From assembly GCA_965232515.1 (NCBI GenBank), contig CBDDPY010000002.1, forward strand, positions 2,240,001 through 2,304,000: a stretch of DNA of 64,000 nt, written 5' to 3'. Under the pieces are notes generated by a model. That model did no database searches, was not told the DNA's origin, and saw only the letters and a list, made by a program, of their open reading frames with translations. Made by a program: the position numbers and the translations under genes. How positions within the stretch are numbered: position 1 is the stretch's first letter; each line of letters starts with the position of its first letter. Positions 50,485 through 61,051 of the stretch are shown piece by piece. The stretch comes from Alphaproteobacteria bacterium. Its GTDB lineage: Bacteria; Pseudomonadota; Alphaproteobacteria; GCA-2731375.

Positions 50485-51690
50485 TCAGTCCAGATCGCTG
50501 CGCCGGATGTGACAGTCGGCGCGCTTCAGCACGTCGGGCTGTAGCTTGGTGCCGAGGCCTGGGCCATCCGGCGCCCGGATCATGCCGTTCTCGACCGGCG
50601 GCAGGGCCGTCACCAGTTCCTGGTACCAGCCATAATAAAATGAGCGCACCATCTCCTGGATCAAGGCGTTGGTGGCGTTCAGCGACAGGTGCACCGAGGC
50701 CGTGAGCAGGACCGGGCCGGTGCAGTCGTGCGGCGCCACCGGCAGGTGCCAGGCCTCGGCCATGGCGCCGATCTTGCGCGCTTCCGACAGGCCGCCGACC
50801 CAAGCCAGGTCCAGCATGACGACGCCGACGGCGTTGAGCTCCAAGAGCTGCCGGAACTGGCCGCGGCCGGCCAACGTCTCCGACGCCGTCACCGGCACCC
50901 GGGTCGAGGCCGCGTACTCGGCGAGGCTGCCGAGGCTGTCCATCTTGATCGGGTCCTCGAACCAGAAGGGATCATAGGGCTCGAGCGCCGCGGCGATGCG
51001 TTTCGCCGCCGTCAGGTTCCACATGGAGTGCAGCTCGACCATGATGTCCATTTTGTTGCCGACGGCATCGCGGATCTTGCCGAAGGGCTCGAGCGCCTTG
51101 TCGAGGTCGGGGCCGGAGATGTACATGCCGCCCGACGCCTCGGCGGCATAGTCGAACGGCCAGATCTTCATGCCGGTGATGCCCATCTCAAGCAGGCTGA
51201 GCGCCAGTTCATCGGCCCGGTTCAGAAACGCGTCGAGGTCCTCGTACGGCCCTTCCGGCTGGCCGTCCGGCAGGCCGAAATTGTCGGTGCCCTGGTCCTT
51301 GCGCGCCCGCACGTATTTGTAGCCGGCACAGGTGTTGTACACCCGGATCTGGTCCCGGCTGGCGCCGCCCAGGAGCTGGTAGATCGGCTGGTTCGTCGCC
51401 TGGCCCCAGATATCCCAAAGCGCGATATCGACGCCGGAGTTGCCGCGCGTCTCGGCGCCGGAGCTGGAAAAGCCGAGATAGCCGGTCAGGCCCTTGAAGT
51501 GCCGGTCGATCTGCAGCGGATCCTTGCCCAGCAAATAGGGCGCGATGAAGCTGTGGATATGGGCTTCGGCCGAGGCCGTGCCGTAGAAGATCTCGCCGAG
51601 GCCGACCAGGCCTTCGTCGGTGTGCACATGTACCCAGAGCAGATTCGGAAATTCGTCGAGACGGATGGTCTCGATGGCAGTGACTTTCAT
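50485..51690 (-). CDS. Mandelate racemase/acid-sugar dehydratase family protein
   Basis: GLGE, DIALWD, VYNTC, MKIWP, VELH, WFEDP, ASE, PHDC. Confidence 0.9.
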   Translation of the reverse strand: MKVTAIETIRLDEFPNLLWVHVHTDEGLVGLGEIFYGTASAEAHIHSFIAPYLLGKDPLQIDRHFKGLTGYLGFSSSGAETRGNSGVDIALWDIWGQATNQPIYQLLGGASRDQIRVYNTCAGYKYVRARKDQGTDNFGLPDGQPEGPYEDLDAFLNRADELALSLLEMGITGMKIWPFDYAAEASGGMYISGPDLDKALEPFGKIRDAVGNKMDIMVELHSMWNLTAAKRIAAALEPYDPFWFEDPIKMDSLGSLAEYAASTRVPVTASETLAGRGQFRQLLELNAVGVVMLDLAWVGGLSEARKIGAMAEAWHLPVAPHDCTGPVLLTASVHLSLNATNALIQEMVRSFYYGWYQELVTALPPVENGMIRAPDGPGLGTKLQPDVLKRADCHIRRSDLD

Positions 51691-51806
51691 GCGCGGCCTC
51701 CCTGTGGCGTGCTTGCGACGCCTGGCCCTCCAAGTCTAACGGGTTTGAGGGCGGCATGCAGCGGGGCTAATATCACCGTTTCACCGACATCCTGGAGCGA
51801 CGAGCG

Positions 51807-52706
51807 ATGCGGGTTGACGATATCTTGGCGTGCGCGCCGCGGGTGCTGACCCAGGCGCAGCGGGAGTCCTATTTCGCGAACGGCTATCTGCTGCTGGAGA
51901 GCTTCATCCCGGCCGACTGGCTCGACCGCTTGCGGGCCCAGACGGCACGCTTCGTCGAGTTGAGCCGTGATGTCCCCGCCTCGGACGATTGCTTCGACCT
52001 GGCGCCGTCGCATGCGGCCGCGGCGCCGCGGATGCGGCGGCTGAAGAACCCGGACGACCGCGATCCGGAGTTCTGGGCCTTCGCCAACGACCGCATCGCC
52101 GACGCGGTCGCGGATCTCGTCGGACCGGACGTGCTGTTCCACCATTCCAAGCTGAACTTCAAATGGAACGACGGCGCGGACGACGTGAAGTGGCACCAGG
52201 ATGCCGGCTTCTATCCGCACACCAATTACAGCGCGCTGGCCGTCGGTACCTATCTGCAGGACACGGCCATGGCCGACGGGCCGCTGGCGGTGATTCCCGG
52301 CAGCCATAACGGCCCGCTCTACGAGCAGTACGACGACCAGGACCAGTGGACCGGCTGCCTGTCCGATGCCGACGTCGCCGGGCTCGATCAGAGCAAGACC
52401 GTTTATCTCGAGGGGCCGGCCGGTTCGATCACCGTTCACAACTGCCGCACCGTGCACGGCTCGCCGGCCAGCACGGCGGACGACGGCCGGCCGCTCTTGC
52501 TGAACGGCTATACCTCGGCCGACGCCTTTCCCTACATGCCGAACCCGTCGGGTTCCAGTCATGCCCGCACTGTCGTGCGCGGCAAGCCGTCGCGCTGGGC
52601 CGAGCACGACCCGCGGCCCGGCCTCATTCCGCCCGACTGGTCTGGCGGCTATACCTCGATCTTCGCCGCCCAGTCCGGCGAGGACGCCCAACAGGCCGCC
52701 GAATAG
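51807..52706 (+). CDS. Phytanoyl-CoA dioxygenase (PhyH) family Fe(II)/2OG oxygenase
   Basis: KLNFK, WHQD, IPGSH, TVHGS. Confidence 0.9.
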   Translation: MRVDDILACAPRVLTQAQRESYFANGYLLLESFIPADWLDRLRAQTARFVELSRDVPASDDCFDLAPSHAAAAPRMRRLKNPDDRDPEFWAFANDRIADAVADLVGPDVLFHHSKLNFKWNDGADDVKWHQDAGFYPHTNYSALAVGTYLQDTAMADGPLAVIPGSHNGPLYEQYDDQDQWTGCLSDADVAGLDQSKTVYLEGPAGSITVHNCRTVHGSPASTADDGRPLLLNGYTSADAFPYMPNPSGSSHARTVVRGKPSRWAEHDPRPGLIPPDWSGGYTSIFAAQSGEDAQQAAE

Positions 52707-52746
52707 GCGCGCCCCGGTTTCACACTTCTACAGACGGTAGCTTGTT

Positions 52747-53898
52747 ATGACCCAGTCCGGCCCGCTCAGCGGGATCACCGTGATCGACCTGACCCGCGTG
52801 CTGGCGGGCCCCTATTGTACGCTGCAGCTGTCGGAGCTCGGCGCCCGCGTGATCAAGGTGGAGACGCCGGGCCGCGGTGACGACGCCCGGCACTACGGGC
52901 CGTTCGTCAACGGCAAGTCGGCCTACTTCATCTCGATCAATCGCGGCAAAGAGAGCATCGCGCTAAACCTCAAGGAAGACGGCGATCGCGCGGTGTTCGA
53001 GAAGCTGCTGGAGACGGCCGACGTCATCGTCGAGAACTTCCGGCCCGGCACCATGGAAAAGCTGGGCTATGGATGGGAGACGCTGCACGAACGCTATCCG
53101 CGGCTGATCTATGCCGCGGCGTCCGGCTACGGCCATACCGGGCCGCACGCGCAGCGGCCGTCCTACGACATGGTGGTGCAGGCCATGGGCGGCATCATGA
53201 GCATCACCGGCCAGCCCGACGCCCCGCCCACGCGGGTCGGCATGTCGATCGGCGATATCGCGGCCGGCCTGTTCACGGCGGTCGGCGTCAACGCGGCGCT
53301 CTACGACCGGGCCATGACCGGCGAAGCGCGCAAGATCGACATCGGCATGCTGGACTGCCAGATGAGCCTGGTGGAGAACGCGATCGTGCGTTATTCGGCC
53401 ACCGGCCAGATCCCCGGCCCACTCGGCGCCAAGCACCCGTCGATCACGCCGTTCCAGGTGTTCTCGACCCGCGACAGCTACCTGATCATCGCCGCCGGCA
53501 ACGACAATCTTTACCGGCAGATGTGCCAGGTGCTGGACCGCATGGACCTGGCGGAAGACCCGAAATACGCGACCAACGACCTGCGGAACCAGAACGCGGC
53601 CGAGTTGGAGGCGCAGATCGAGTCCGTCCTGAAGACCAGGGACACGGCCGATTGGCTGACCGTCTTTGACGATGCCGGCGTGCCGGCCAGCGCCATCAAC
53701 AACGTCGCCCAGGTCATGGCCCATCCGCAGGCCGGCCCCCGCAACATGATCGTGGACGTCGACGATCCGACGGCCGGCAAGCTGAAGGTCGCCGGCAACC
53801 CGATCAAGGTCTCGGGCTACGCCGATCCCAATACGCGCGACACGGCGCCGGACCTCGATGCCGACCGCGATAAGATCCTGAAGCAGCTGGAACGCTGA
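52747..53898 (+). CDS. Family III CoA transferase (CaiB/BaiF)
   Basis: DLTRVLAGP, NRGKES, ENFRPG, YD. Confidence 0.93.
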   Translation: MTQSGPLSGITVIDLTRVLAGPYCTLQLSELGARVIKVETPGRGDDARHYGPFVNGKSAYFISINRGKESIALNLKEDGDRAVFEKLLETADVIVENFRPGTMEKLGYGWETLHERYPRLIYAAASGYGHTGPHAQRPSYDMVVQAMGGIMSITGQPDAPPTRVGMSIGDIAAGLFTAVGVNAALYDRAMTGEARKIDIGMLDCQMSLVENAIVRYSATGQIPGPLGAKHPSITPFQVFSTRDSYLIIAAGNDNLYRQMCQVLDRMDLAEDPKYATNDLRNQNAAELEAQIESVLKTRDTADWLTVFDDAGVPASAINNVAQVMAHPQAGPRNMIVDVDDPTAGKLKVAGNPIKVSGYADPNTRDTAPDLDADRDKILKQLER

Positions 53899-53921
53899 TC
53901 CGTAGCCGACCGCCGGCGGAA

Positions 53922-54797
53922 TCAGAATTGTTCGATTAAGTGCAAGGTCTTTTGCTTGACCGGGTTCTTGTAGAGGTTGGCTTCCTTGGAGCGCAGGAAC
54001 GTCGCGAGATAGAGAAGGAACAGGTTGCGGAAGGTCGCGACCTCAAGCTGATAAGCCTGACAAAAGCGTTCGACGACGTGGCGCACCGGCGAGCTTTCGC
54101 CGTCGTCGAAGAACCGCGCAACCCGCGCCGGCTCGAAGGCGAGCGACGAAGCGATCAGCATGCAGAGATCGAGGCCCGGCAGGCGTTCCTTGCCGAATTC
54201 CTCCCAATCGAAGATCACCAGCCCGTCAGCGCCCAGGCCGAGATTGTTGAGCGTAAAGTCGCCGTGTTGTTTGATCTGCGGCAGCCGGTTCAACGAGTCG
54301 AGATCGATCGACTCCCGCCAGTTCTGCAGCTTCCCGCCGACCCCGTTACGGGCAAATTCGCCCAGCACCTCATTGGCGCAATCGCCATGAGTCCGGCCCG
54401 TGTCGGGCAGCCGGAAAGCTTTGTCCGCCGTATCGAAATAGGCGTTCAGGTCATCGGCAACGCCCGGATGCGGTTGATGGAAAAGGTCCGTCGAGGCACG
54501 TCGATGTTGAATGCCGCCGGTCACCAGCAGATTGATCTCCTTGAGCTGCTTGTAGGCCAGCGGCTTGCCGAGGCGTTCCGGCAGTACGGCATAGGCTTCG
54601 ATCAGCGCATCATGTTCGTGCGCCAGTGACTTGTCATCGGCCTCGGCGAGCTTGACATGAAAAAAGTCGCCGCCGCCGACAAACACCTCGATGTTCGGCT
54701 TTCGCAGCAGATGGATATTGTACGGCGGATAGGGCGGTCCGGCCCCATTGGCGAGCAGTCCCAAATCGCTCAGCGTTTCGAAGACCGCACCGATCAT
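53922..54797 (-). CDS. Aminoglycoside phosphotransferase/choline kinase-like protein
   Basis: HVK, QHGDFTLNNL, IFDWE, DL. ATGA overlap with the upstream methyltransferase. Confidence 0.82.
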   Translation of the reverse strand: MIGAVFETLSDLGLLANGAGPPYPPYNIHLLRKPNIEVFVGGGDFFHVKLAEADDKSLAHEHDALIEAYAVLPERLGKPLAYKQLKEINLLVTGGIQHRRASTDLFHQPHPGVADDLNAYFDTADKAFRLPDTGRTHGDCANEVLGEFARNGVGGKLQNWRESIDLDSLNRLPQIKQHGDFTLNNLGLGADGLVIFDWEEFGKERLPGLDLCMLIASSLAFEPARVARFFDDGESSPVRHVVERFCQAYQLEVATFRNLFLLYLATFLRSKEANLYKNPVKQKTLHLIEQF

Positions 54798-55549
54798 TTC
54801 TGCGCCACGATCAGGTAGCAGCGTTCGACATAGGGGAACGCGTTCAGATGCAGCAGCAGCAGCCGAAACAGATATCTCGGATAGGAGAGGTTTGCGCGCC
54901 TGACCTCGATGACGTTCCTGAAATAGGCCGCTGACGCTTCCCGCCGTGCCGAGACGACATGCTGTGGATGCAGGTAATCGGGGATCACGTTGAAAACCTG
55001 AACATTCCGATAGCCGGCCCGCCGCAGGCTTCGAACGTAACCCCAGTAGGTCAACGGGCTGCGAAGATCCGACGCCCGTTCCTCGGATGCGCCGGACGTC
55101 CGGAAGCAACGCGCCAACCAACGCGCGACCAATGCCCGCATGAAACGCGGATGCAAGAGGTTGAACCCGGAAACCGCGATCATGCCGCCAGGGCGAAGCG
55201 CGCGGTACGCGGTCGTCAACAACTCGCTCCGACCCAGGCCGGCCTCGACGGCCGCCGGGTTCGGCGCCCGATCGAGCGCGCCATGCAGGACGACAAGGTC
55301 GAATGCCGACGCCGGGATTTCCGGCGGCATCGGCGTGTCAGCGCCTTGGCCGGGGACCTCGGGCGTCGGCGGCGGCCCGGCCGACGTCGTACCGCACTGA
55401 TTTAGATCGCAAACGACAAGGGAGCCACAAGACTTCGCCGCCATTTCGGGTGCGCGCGCCCGACCGTAGCGCAGTTCCAGGATGTCGGCGTCCAGCGATA
55501 GTGGCGGAATGGCGTAAGTCAGCCACGCTAGATCGTGAGCGAAATGCAT
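54794..55549 (-). CDS. Class I SAM methyltransferase-like protein with degenerate motif I
   Basis: FDLVVLHGAL, RALRPGG. Motif I reads ILELRYG. Start uncertain. Confidence 0.65.
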   Translation of the reverse strand: MHFAHDLAWLTYAIPPLSLDADILELRYGRARAPEMAAKSCGSLVVCDLNQCGTTSAGPPPTPEVPGQGADTPMPPEIPASAFDLVVLHGALDRAPNPAAVEAGLGRSELLTTAYRALRPGGMIAVSGFNLLHPRFMRALVARWLARCFRTSGASEERASDLRSPLTYWGYVRSLRRAGYRNVQVFNVIPDYLHPQHVVSARREASAAYFRNVIEVRRANLSYPRYLFRLLLLHLNAFPYVERCYLIVAQK

Positions 55550-55695
55550 CTGGCCCAATTGCGCCTGTCAGCATGAGTGGCAGCCGTCGATCGATCGCAT
55601 CGAGGCACACAAGGCGCACGAGGCGGCAATCCCCACGACACAATTCAGCAAAATAGGTGAAAAAAAAGTTTCAACAAGCCCGAGGTAGACTTGCG

Positions 55696-56424
55696 CTATG
55701 GGGTAGGAGTCTGGACTTTTCGGGCGACGAGCACGGCATCGGGACAAATCGGCGCCATCATTCCAAGCCGGGAGATCGGTTCGAGCAAGCGGCTGATGCC
55801 GGAATTCAATATCTCGTGGGAATTGAATCCGTATCGCAACAGCCACCAGCCGATGCCGTAGGCCCGCTCAAGCCGGAAGCCCGCCCGGTGAAGCAGGCGC
55901 CGCAGCTTCCAATAGGTCAGGTCCATCGAATCGCTGCCGCCCGTGAGGCGGTTCAGGACCGCCTGAATGGCTGCCGGATTCCTGTGATTGTTGATGACCA
56001 ACAGCCCGCCGGAAGCGAGATGGCGGTTTAGCGCGGCAAGCACATTCGCGCGCAATTCGTCCTGAGCATTACCGAAGAACCGAAATGCCGTAATCAGATC
56101 GACCGCCGGGATGTCCAGCCGCTCCTTTGTCAGGTCAGTCAGGAAAAAAGTCGTTTTCGCGCACTTGCCGCGAGCCTGCTCGACCATGTTTTCCGATACG
56201 TCGACGCCATAGGACAGGTCCGCCAGGTTTTCGAACCGACTGAGAATGCGGCCGGTTCCACAGGCGAAATCGAGATAGCGCGGCACCTTGCCTTGGAAGT
56301 AGGTCTGAAAAATGTTCTGCAGAATGTCACCCTCGAGCCGCGTCATATAGGCGCTGAACGGATCCGCCGCGAGGTTTTCGTCATAATCTGCCCCCTTCTG
56401 CAGATGGCTCTGTCGATAATCCAT
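55696..56424 (-). CDS. Class I SAM-dependent methyltransferase
   Basis: YLDFACGTGRI, GVDVS, DLITAFRFF, LASGG. Confidence 0.88.
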   Translation of the reverse strand: MDYRQSHLQKGADYDENLAADPFSAYMTRLEGDILQNIFQTYFQGKVPRYLDFACGTGRILSRFENLADLSYGVDVSENMVEQARGKCAKTTFFLTDLTKERLDIPAVDLITAFRFFGNAQDELRANVLAALNRHLASGGLLVINNHRNPAAIQAVLNRLTGGSDSMDLTYWKLRRLLHRAGFRLERAYGIGWWLLRYGFNSHEILNSGISRLLEPISRLGMMAPICPDAVLVARKVQTPTP

Positions 56425-56661
56425 GGGATGCCCTACCATCGGTGAACTGCCTTTTGAGGCCGAGGGTCTGCCTCGACATTCGAATCGGTCGCGATCGCGA
56501 CACTCCCAATAGCCGCCTCGGGGGCCAAGGCGCAACACGGAGAACGTCACCATCAGATCGCCAGGGTCGGAGCCAGACCGCTTGGCCGTGCGAATTTCGG
56601 TCGGAAGGTCTTGCGGAAGCCTTAACGCGCCGGTCCGCCGGCGGCGGTGCGGCTATCGTCG

Positions 56662-57657
56662 TCAGGCGGCGTGTATCGAGAAGACGGCATTCATGCCGTA
56701 GGTTTCGAGATTAAGGTCCCAGCACAGCGCCTTCCGACTGGCATCGAAGCAGGAAATGCGCGTCGGCATGGTCAGGTAGCTCTCGCCGTAGCGGGCGATC
56801 GATTTCAAGCGATCCTTCACCCACTGTATGTTGTCGTGGAGTTTGGTCTGCCGGATTCGGGAGAAGCCGACGACGATCCGGTCGTCGTCGAGCGGCCGAA
56901 TCCCGCGACACCAACCCAGCGCCTGATCGGAACCGACGATATCGTTGGCGGCGAGCAGCATCTCTCGCGCGCCGGTGGCGGCATTGGCCTTGACCACGCA
57001 GCCCTCGATCGTCGTGAAGTAGACCGACTCGTCCACCACGAGGCCGTCATGGGGATTGCCGATCCCGACCTCGATCCGACGATCCGGTTTGGTAAGACAG
57101 ACGGCATCACGCTGCCAATGCCGGGTTACCCAAACATCGTCGCCGGTTCTGAAGACGAAATTCGGGTGTGACTTGTGAGGCTTCGTGGTCGCCACCTTTC
57201 GGTAGTCCACGCTTGGCGAAAACCGGGACCAGGTGTCCTCGCCCAGCACATCCCACTGTCGCAACAGCTCGCCGTCGGAACTGACTTCCGCGACCATATC
57301 GAGGCCGGTGACCGCGACCAGGTAGCCGCCTTCCGACGTCGGCAGGACATGATGAACGTCGTTGAAAAACGGCAGTGACAAATAGTTCACTAGTCTGAAG
57401 TCAGTTAAACGGTAGCTCAGAATTTCCGTTTGCGTGCAGACATGGAGCCGGCCGTCGGCCAGAGTGCCCGACTTGAACGTTATTGATGGCTCGTCATCCG
57501 GACAGGCGTCGGGCGGGGAAACATATTCAGCAACACATTCCGCCGATCCCGCATCGAGATCGACCCGGAGGACAAGCCCCCTTTCATAGCCGTGCCACTC
57601 ATCCAGCTCGCGCCGGTTCCTTTTGGCGCGCCCGCCAACCACATACAACTGTGTCAT
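56662..57657 (-). CDS. Beta-propeller hypothetical protein
   Basis: Repeated 4-strand blades. His motifs NDVHHV, SHPN, NPHDG, and GWCRG. Confidence 0.7.
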   Translation of the reverse strand: MTQLYVVGGRAKRNRRELDEWHGYERGLVLRVDLDAGSAECVAEYVSPPDACPDDEPSITFKSGTLADGRLHVCTQTEILSYRLTDFRLVNYLSLPFFNDVHHVLPTSEGGYLVAVTGLDMVAEVSSDGELLRQWDVLGEDTWSRFSPSVDYRKVATTKPHKSHPNFVFRTGDDVWVTRHWQRDAVCLTKPDRRIEVGIGNPHDGLVVDESVYFTTIEGCVVKANAATGAREMLLAANDIVGSDQALGWCRGIRPLDDDRIVVGFSRIRQTKLHDNIQWVKDRLKSIARYGESYLTMPTRISCFDASRKALCWDLNLETYGMNAVFSIHAA

Positions 57658-58107
57658 CTCGCCGAATTCTGTAAGTCAGCTCGCCGCACTGAATGAGCGA
57701 CAACGACAATGCCCAACGCCCCGTCAAACCGGCGATCAACGTCACCCATTCGCACACACACCAAACCGCCGGGCCACCGTCGTGGCCACAAATACGCCCA
57801 GCCAACCGCAGACGACGAGCGCCAGGTTGCCAGGGTCCGACAATGCTAAGACGCGTTCCGTCTCAGTTTTATGACGGTACAAAGACAGAGCGATTACATG
57901 CCGCCGGCCGGTTCGAGGCCTACCGCGCTCGGCGCGAATCCTAAGCGGTCACCGGGCCAATCCCGGCGTGCTTCGGCACCCTTCCGCAGCGTGTGATGGC
58001 GGTCACTTGCGACCGATATAGGCATGGCTACCTAATGAGCACGCGACGCACCGCGGCGGAGAAGAAAACCCGAGAACAAAGGGCGTTGCACGGAGACCGC
58101 CAAACCA

Positions 58108-58569
58108 ATGCTGCCATTTTCATCCGACATCGGGCACGCCCACGTGGCCTGTCCGGAAATCGATGCTGCGGCGCTTTACGCCCGGGGCATGGCGTTGACG
58201 GCCGCCGGCGATGGGCCGGCCGCGATCCTCTGGTTGCGCCTGGCGGCCGAATTCAACCACGCCCCTGCCCAATTCGACCTGGGCCTGCACTATGCCAGCG
58301 GCGAGGAGCGCGACAACAGAACTGCGTTCATGTGGATCCGACGCGCCGCCGAACTCGGCCATGCACGGGCTCAATATTGGCTCGCGCGCTGCTATTTCCT
58401 CGGTATGGGTACGGAACGATCCTACGGCCTGGCCTATCGTTGGAGCGTCGCCGCGTGCGCACAGGGATTTCCCGACACCGGTCAAATCCGTGCAGCCGCC
58501 GCCGTACATCTGAGCGAAGCGGAACGCCGGCAGTATGATGCCGCCGTTATCGTTTTTTCCCGTGATTAA
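58108..58569 (+). CDS. Sel1-repeat protein
   Basis: AAE..H..AQFDLG..Y..G and AAELGH..AQY.L...Y..G.G. Start uncertain. Confidence 0.75.
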   Translation: MLPFSSDIGHAHVACPEIDAAALYARGMALTAAGDGPAAILWLRLAAEFNHAPAQFDLGLHYASGEERDNRTAFMWIRRAAELGHARAQYWLARCYFLGMGTERSYGLAYRWSVAACAQGFPDTGQIRAAAAVHLSEAERRQYDAAVIVFSRD

Positions 58570-58651
58570 TTTTCGTGGCTAAATTTCGGAAGAATTCCGT
58601 TTCTACCGAAACTAATTCTGATTTCTGATTAATTTCAGGTATTTTTCCGAA

Positions 58652-59350
58652 CTAAACGTTACCTGACAGGATTCGCTCAAGCTTGTCGATGACCGGCCGA
58701 CGCAGCGCCCGCTTGGTGTCGCGATAGGCCGCCCGATCGAACCCCGCCAGACGCCGCGCCGCCGCCATCGCCGCTGCCTCGATCTCGTCAGAAGACACGA
58801 CGGTATCCAGGAACCCCGCCGCCGATGCCGATGCCGGATCGAACATTTCGGCCGTCAGCGTCGCGCGCGCAAGATGGGTCGGCGCCAATCTCGGCCGCGC
58901 CAGTTCGATGGCGAGGTCGGGCAGCGCCATGCCGGCCGCAACCTCGTTGAAGCCGATCTTGAAGTCGCCGTCGACGCCCAGGCGCTGATCCGCTGCCAAC
59001 AGCAGCATCGCGCCCGCCGCGACGGCATGTCCCGTGCAGGCGACGACGACAGGCAGATCGGCCTTGCAGACCCGCAGCAGCAGACGTCCGGCAGCTTGCC
59101 GCATCTCCGCCGCCGGCGCGCCGCCGGCCTCCAGAACACGCAGATCGATGCCGCCGGTCAGGATTCCCGTCCGTCCCCGCAGCAGAATCGCCGCGACCGG
59201 GCCGGAGACGCTGCCGAACCGCGCCAGCAGATCGTCGAGCTCGCTCAGCACCGCCGTCGTCAGGACATTGGCCTTGCCGTCATCGAGCGAGATTTCGGCG
59301 ATCCCATCCCGTACCTCGACATGTACCGGCGGCGTTGCTGCATTGGTCAT
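58652..59350 (-). CDS. Enoyl-CoA hydratase/isomerase family protein
   Basis: LDDGKAN, GIDL, TGHAVAAG, FNEV. Confidence 0.9.
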   Translation of the reverse strand: MTNAATPPVHVEVRDGIAEISLDDGKANVLTTAVLSELDDLLARFGSVSGPVAAILLRGRTGILTGGIDLRVLEAGGAPAAEMRQAAGRLLLRVCKADLPVVVACTGHAVAAGAMLLLAADQRLGVDGDFKIGFNEVAAGMALPDLAIELARPRLAPTHLARATLTAEMFDPASASAAGFLDTVVSSDEIEAAAMAAARRLAGFDRAAYRDTKRALRRPVIDKLERILSGNV

Positions 59351-59443
59351 ATCCGCCCCCTCAATCCAGCTCGAACTGACATCGCGCGCGGTCAGCTGGC
59401 GCCGCCAGCTAACATGTTGTGCCGCCGTCCGGCAATGCCAGGG

Positions 59444-61018
59444 TCAATCGGGGTCCCAGATGCCGATGTGGATGCCCCGCCGCCGGTGGGAGTTGGTCCG
59501 GGGCTCAACCGCCTCGTCTGGCATGGCCGGGCGGTGTTTGAGGCCCTGATGCCAATCCAGTAAGCGCAGCCGCATCTCGGTGCGAACGGCTTCGTGGCCG
59601 GGGTCGGAGCCGAGATCGTCGAACTCGCCGGGATCGTTTGCCAGGTCGAAGAGCTGTTCGGGAAAGCCGTCCCAGCGGATGTACTTCCAGCGTTCTGTGC
59701 GCAGCATCCAGGCGCGGCAGTCGCGCGGCCCGCGGCGGAGCCGGCGCCGGGCTTCGCGGAAGGAATAGTCGAGTTCGCAGACCACGGCGTCGCGCCAGCC
59801 TTCGTCGCCGGTCTCCCGCGTCGCGGCCAGCAGCGACCGGCCTTCGATCAGATGCGCCCGCGGCGGCGCGCCCACCGCGTCGAGGAATGTGGGCACCAGA
59901 TCGATGCTTTCGACCAGCCGCGGATCGTGCATCCCGCGCGTGCCGTCCGCGGCCGGATCGGGATCGTAGACGATCATCGGAATACGCACCGCTTCCTCGA
60001 ACATGATCTCCTTCTCGCCGAGCCAGTGGTCGCCCAGGAAATCACCGTGGTCCGAGGTGAAGGCGATCAGCGTGTCGTCCATGCGGCCGCTCTGTTCGAG
60101 GAAGTCGAACAGCCGGCCCAGATTGTCGTCGATCTCCCTGACCAGCCCCATATAGACCGGCCGCACCCGGTTCAGCACCTCGTCGCGGGCGAAGCTGCGG
60201 CATTCGTCGTGGTCGTAATAGGCGCGCAGGACGGGATGCGCCCTGCCCTTCTCGTCGTCGCGGCGATTGAGCGGCTGGCACTGGTTGGGCCCGTACATGT
60301 CGTTGTAGGGCGCCGGCGCGAGGTAGGGCCAGTGCGGTTTGATGAAGCTCAAATGCAGCAGCCATGGGGCCGCGCCCTGCGCGTCGATGAACTGCATGGC
60401 CCGATCGGTCATGTAGGCGGTTTCGGAGTGCGCCGCGGCGACGCGGGCCGGCAGGTGCGCGTTCCGCATCCACCAGCCGCTGACCTGACAGCTGTCGGCC
60501 TCCGCGGCGTTGGCGTAATCCTCCCACGGATTTTCGCCCTCGCCATAGCCGTGCGCGCGCAGATACCGGTTGTAGTGGCTGTCCGGCGGCGGCGCGACAT
60601 GACCCTCGTGCCGGTCGTAGGGTTCGAAGCCGGCATTGGCCAGCAAGCGACCGGTCTCGCCCGCCGGATCGATGCCGAGGCGCGCCATGCCGTCGACATC
60701 GGGCAGCGCGTGGGTCTTGCCCGCAAGCGCCACCCGCAAGCCGGCGGCGCGCAGGTATTCGCCCAGCGTCGGCTCGCCAACCGGCAACGGCACGGCGTTC
60801 CAGGTCGCGCCGTGGCTGGAGACGTAGCGGCCGGTATAGAACGACATACGCGAGGGGCCGCACACCGCCGACTGGCAGAAGGCGTTGGGGAAAACCACGC
60901 CCCTGGCGGCCAGCCGGTCGATGTTCGGCGTCTCGAGATGCGGATGGCCCATGCACGACAGATAGTCGAAGCGCAACTGGTCGCACATGATGAACAGAAC
61001 GTTGCGGACAGGGGCCAT
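59444..61018 (-). CDS. Sulfatase/phosphonate monoester hydrolase family protein
   Basis: MCDQLR, formylglycine motif CGPSR, GKTH, KPHWP, SDHG, EKE. Confidence 0.9.
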   Translation of the reverse strand: MAPVRNVLFIMCDQLRFDYLSCMGHPHLETPNIDRLAARGVVFPNAFCQSAVCGPSRMSFYTGRYVSSHGATWNAVPLPVGEPTLGEYLRAAGLRVALAGKTHALPDVDGMARLGIDPAGETGRLLANAGFEPYDRHEGHVAPPPDSHYNRYLRAHGYGEGENPWEDYANAAEADSCQVSGWWMRNAHLPARVAAAHSETAYMTDRAMQFIDAQGAAPWLLHLSFIKPHWPYLAPAPYNDMYGPNQCQPLNRRDDEKGRAHPVLRAYYDHDECRSFARDEVLNRVRPVYMGLVREIDDNLGRLFDFLEQSGRMDDTLIAFTSDHGDFLGDHWLGEKEIMFEEAVRIPMIVYDPDPAADGTRGMHDPRLVESIDLVPTFLDAVGAPPRAHLIEGRSLLAATRETGDEGWRDAVVCELDYSFREARRRLRRGPRDCRAWMLRTERWKYIRWDGFPEQLFDLANDPGEFDDLGSDPGHEAVRTEMRLRLLDWHQGLKHRPAMPDEAVEPRTNSHRRRGIHIGIWDPD

Positions 61019-61051
61019 CGGCTTACTCCTCGGTACCGGGTGTCAAACCGC

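Noticed and set aside
55568-55846. Cys-rich tail (CVVGIAASCALCASMRSIDGCHSC) as a RiPP precursor for the methyltransferase/kinase cluster
   Set aside because: The ORF overlaps the methyltransferase out of frame, has no convincing start or RBS, and no RiPP maturase is present.
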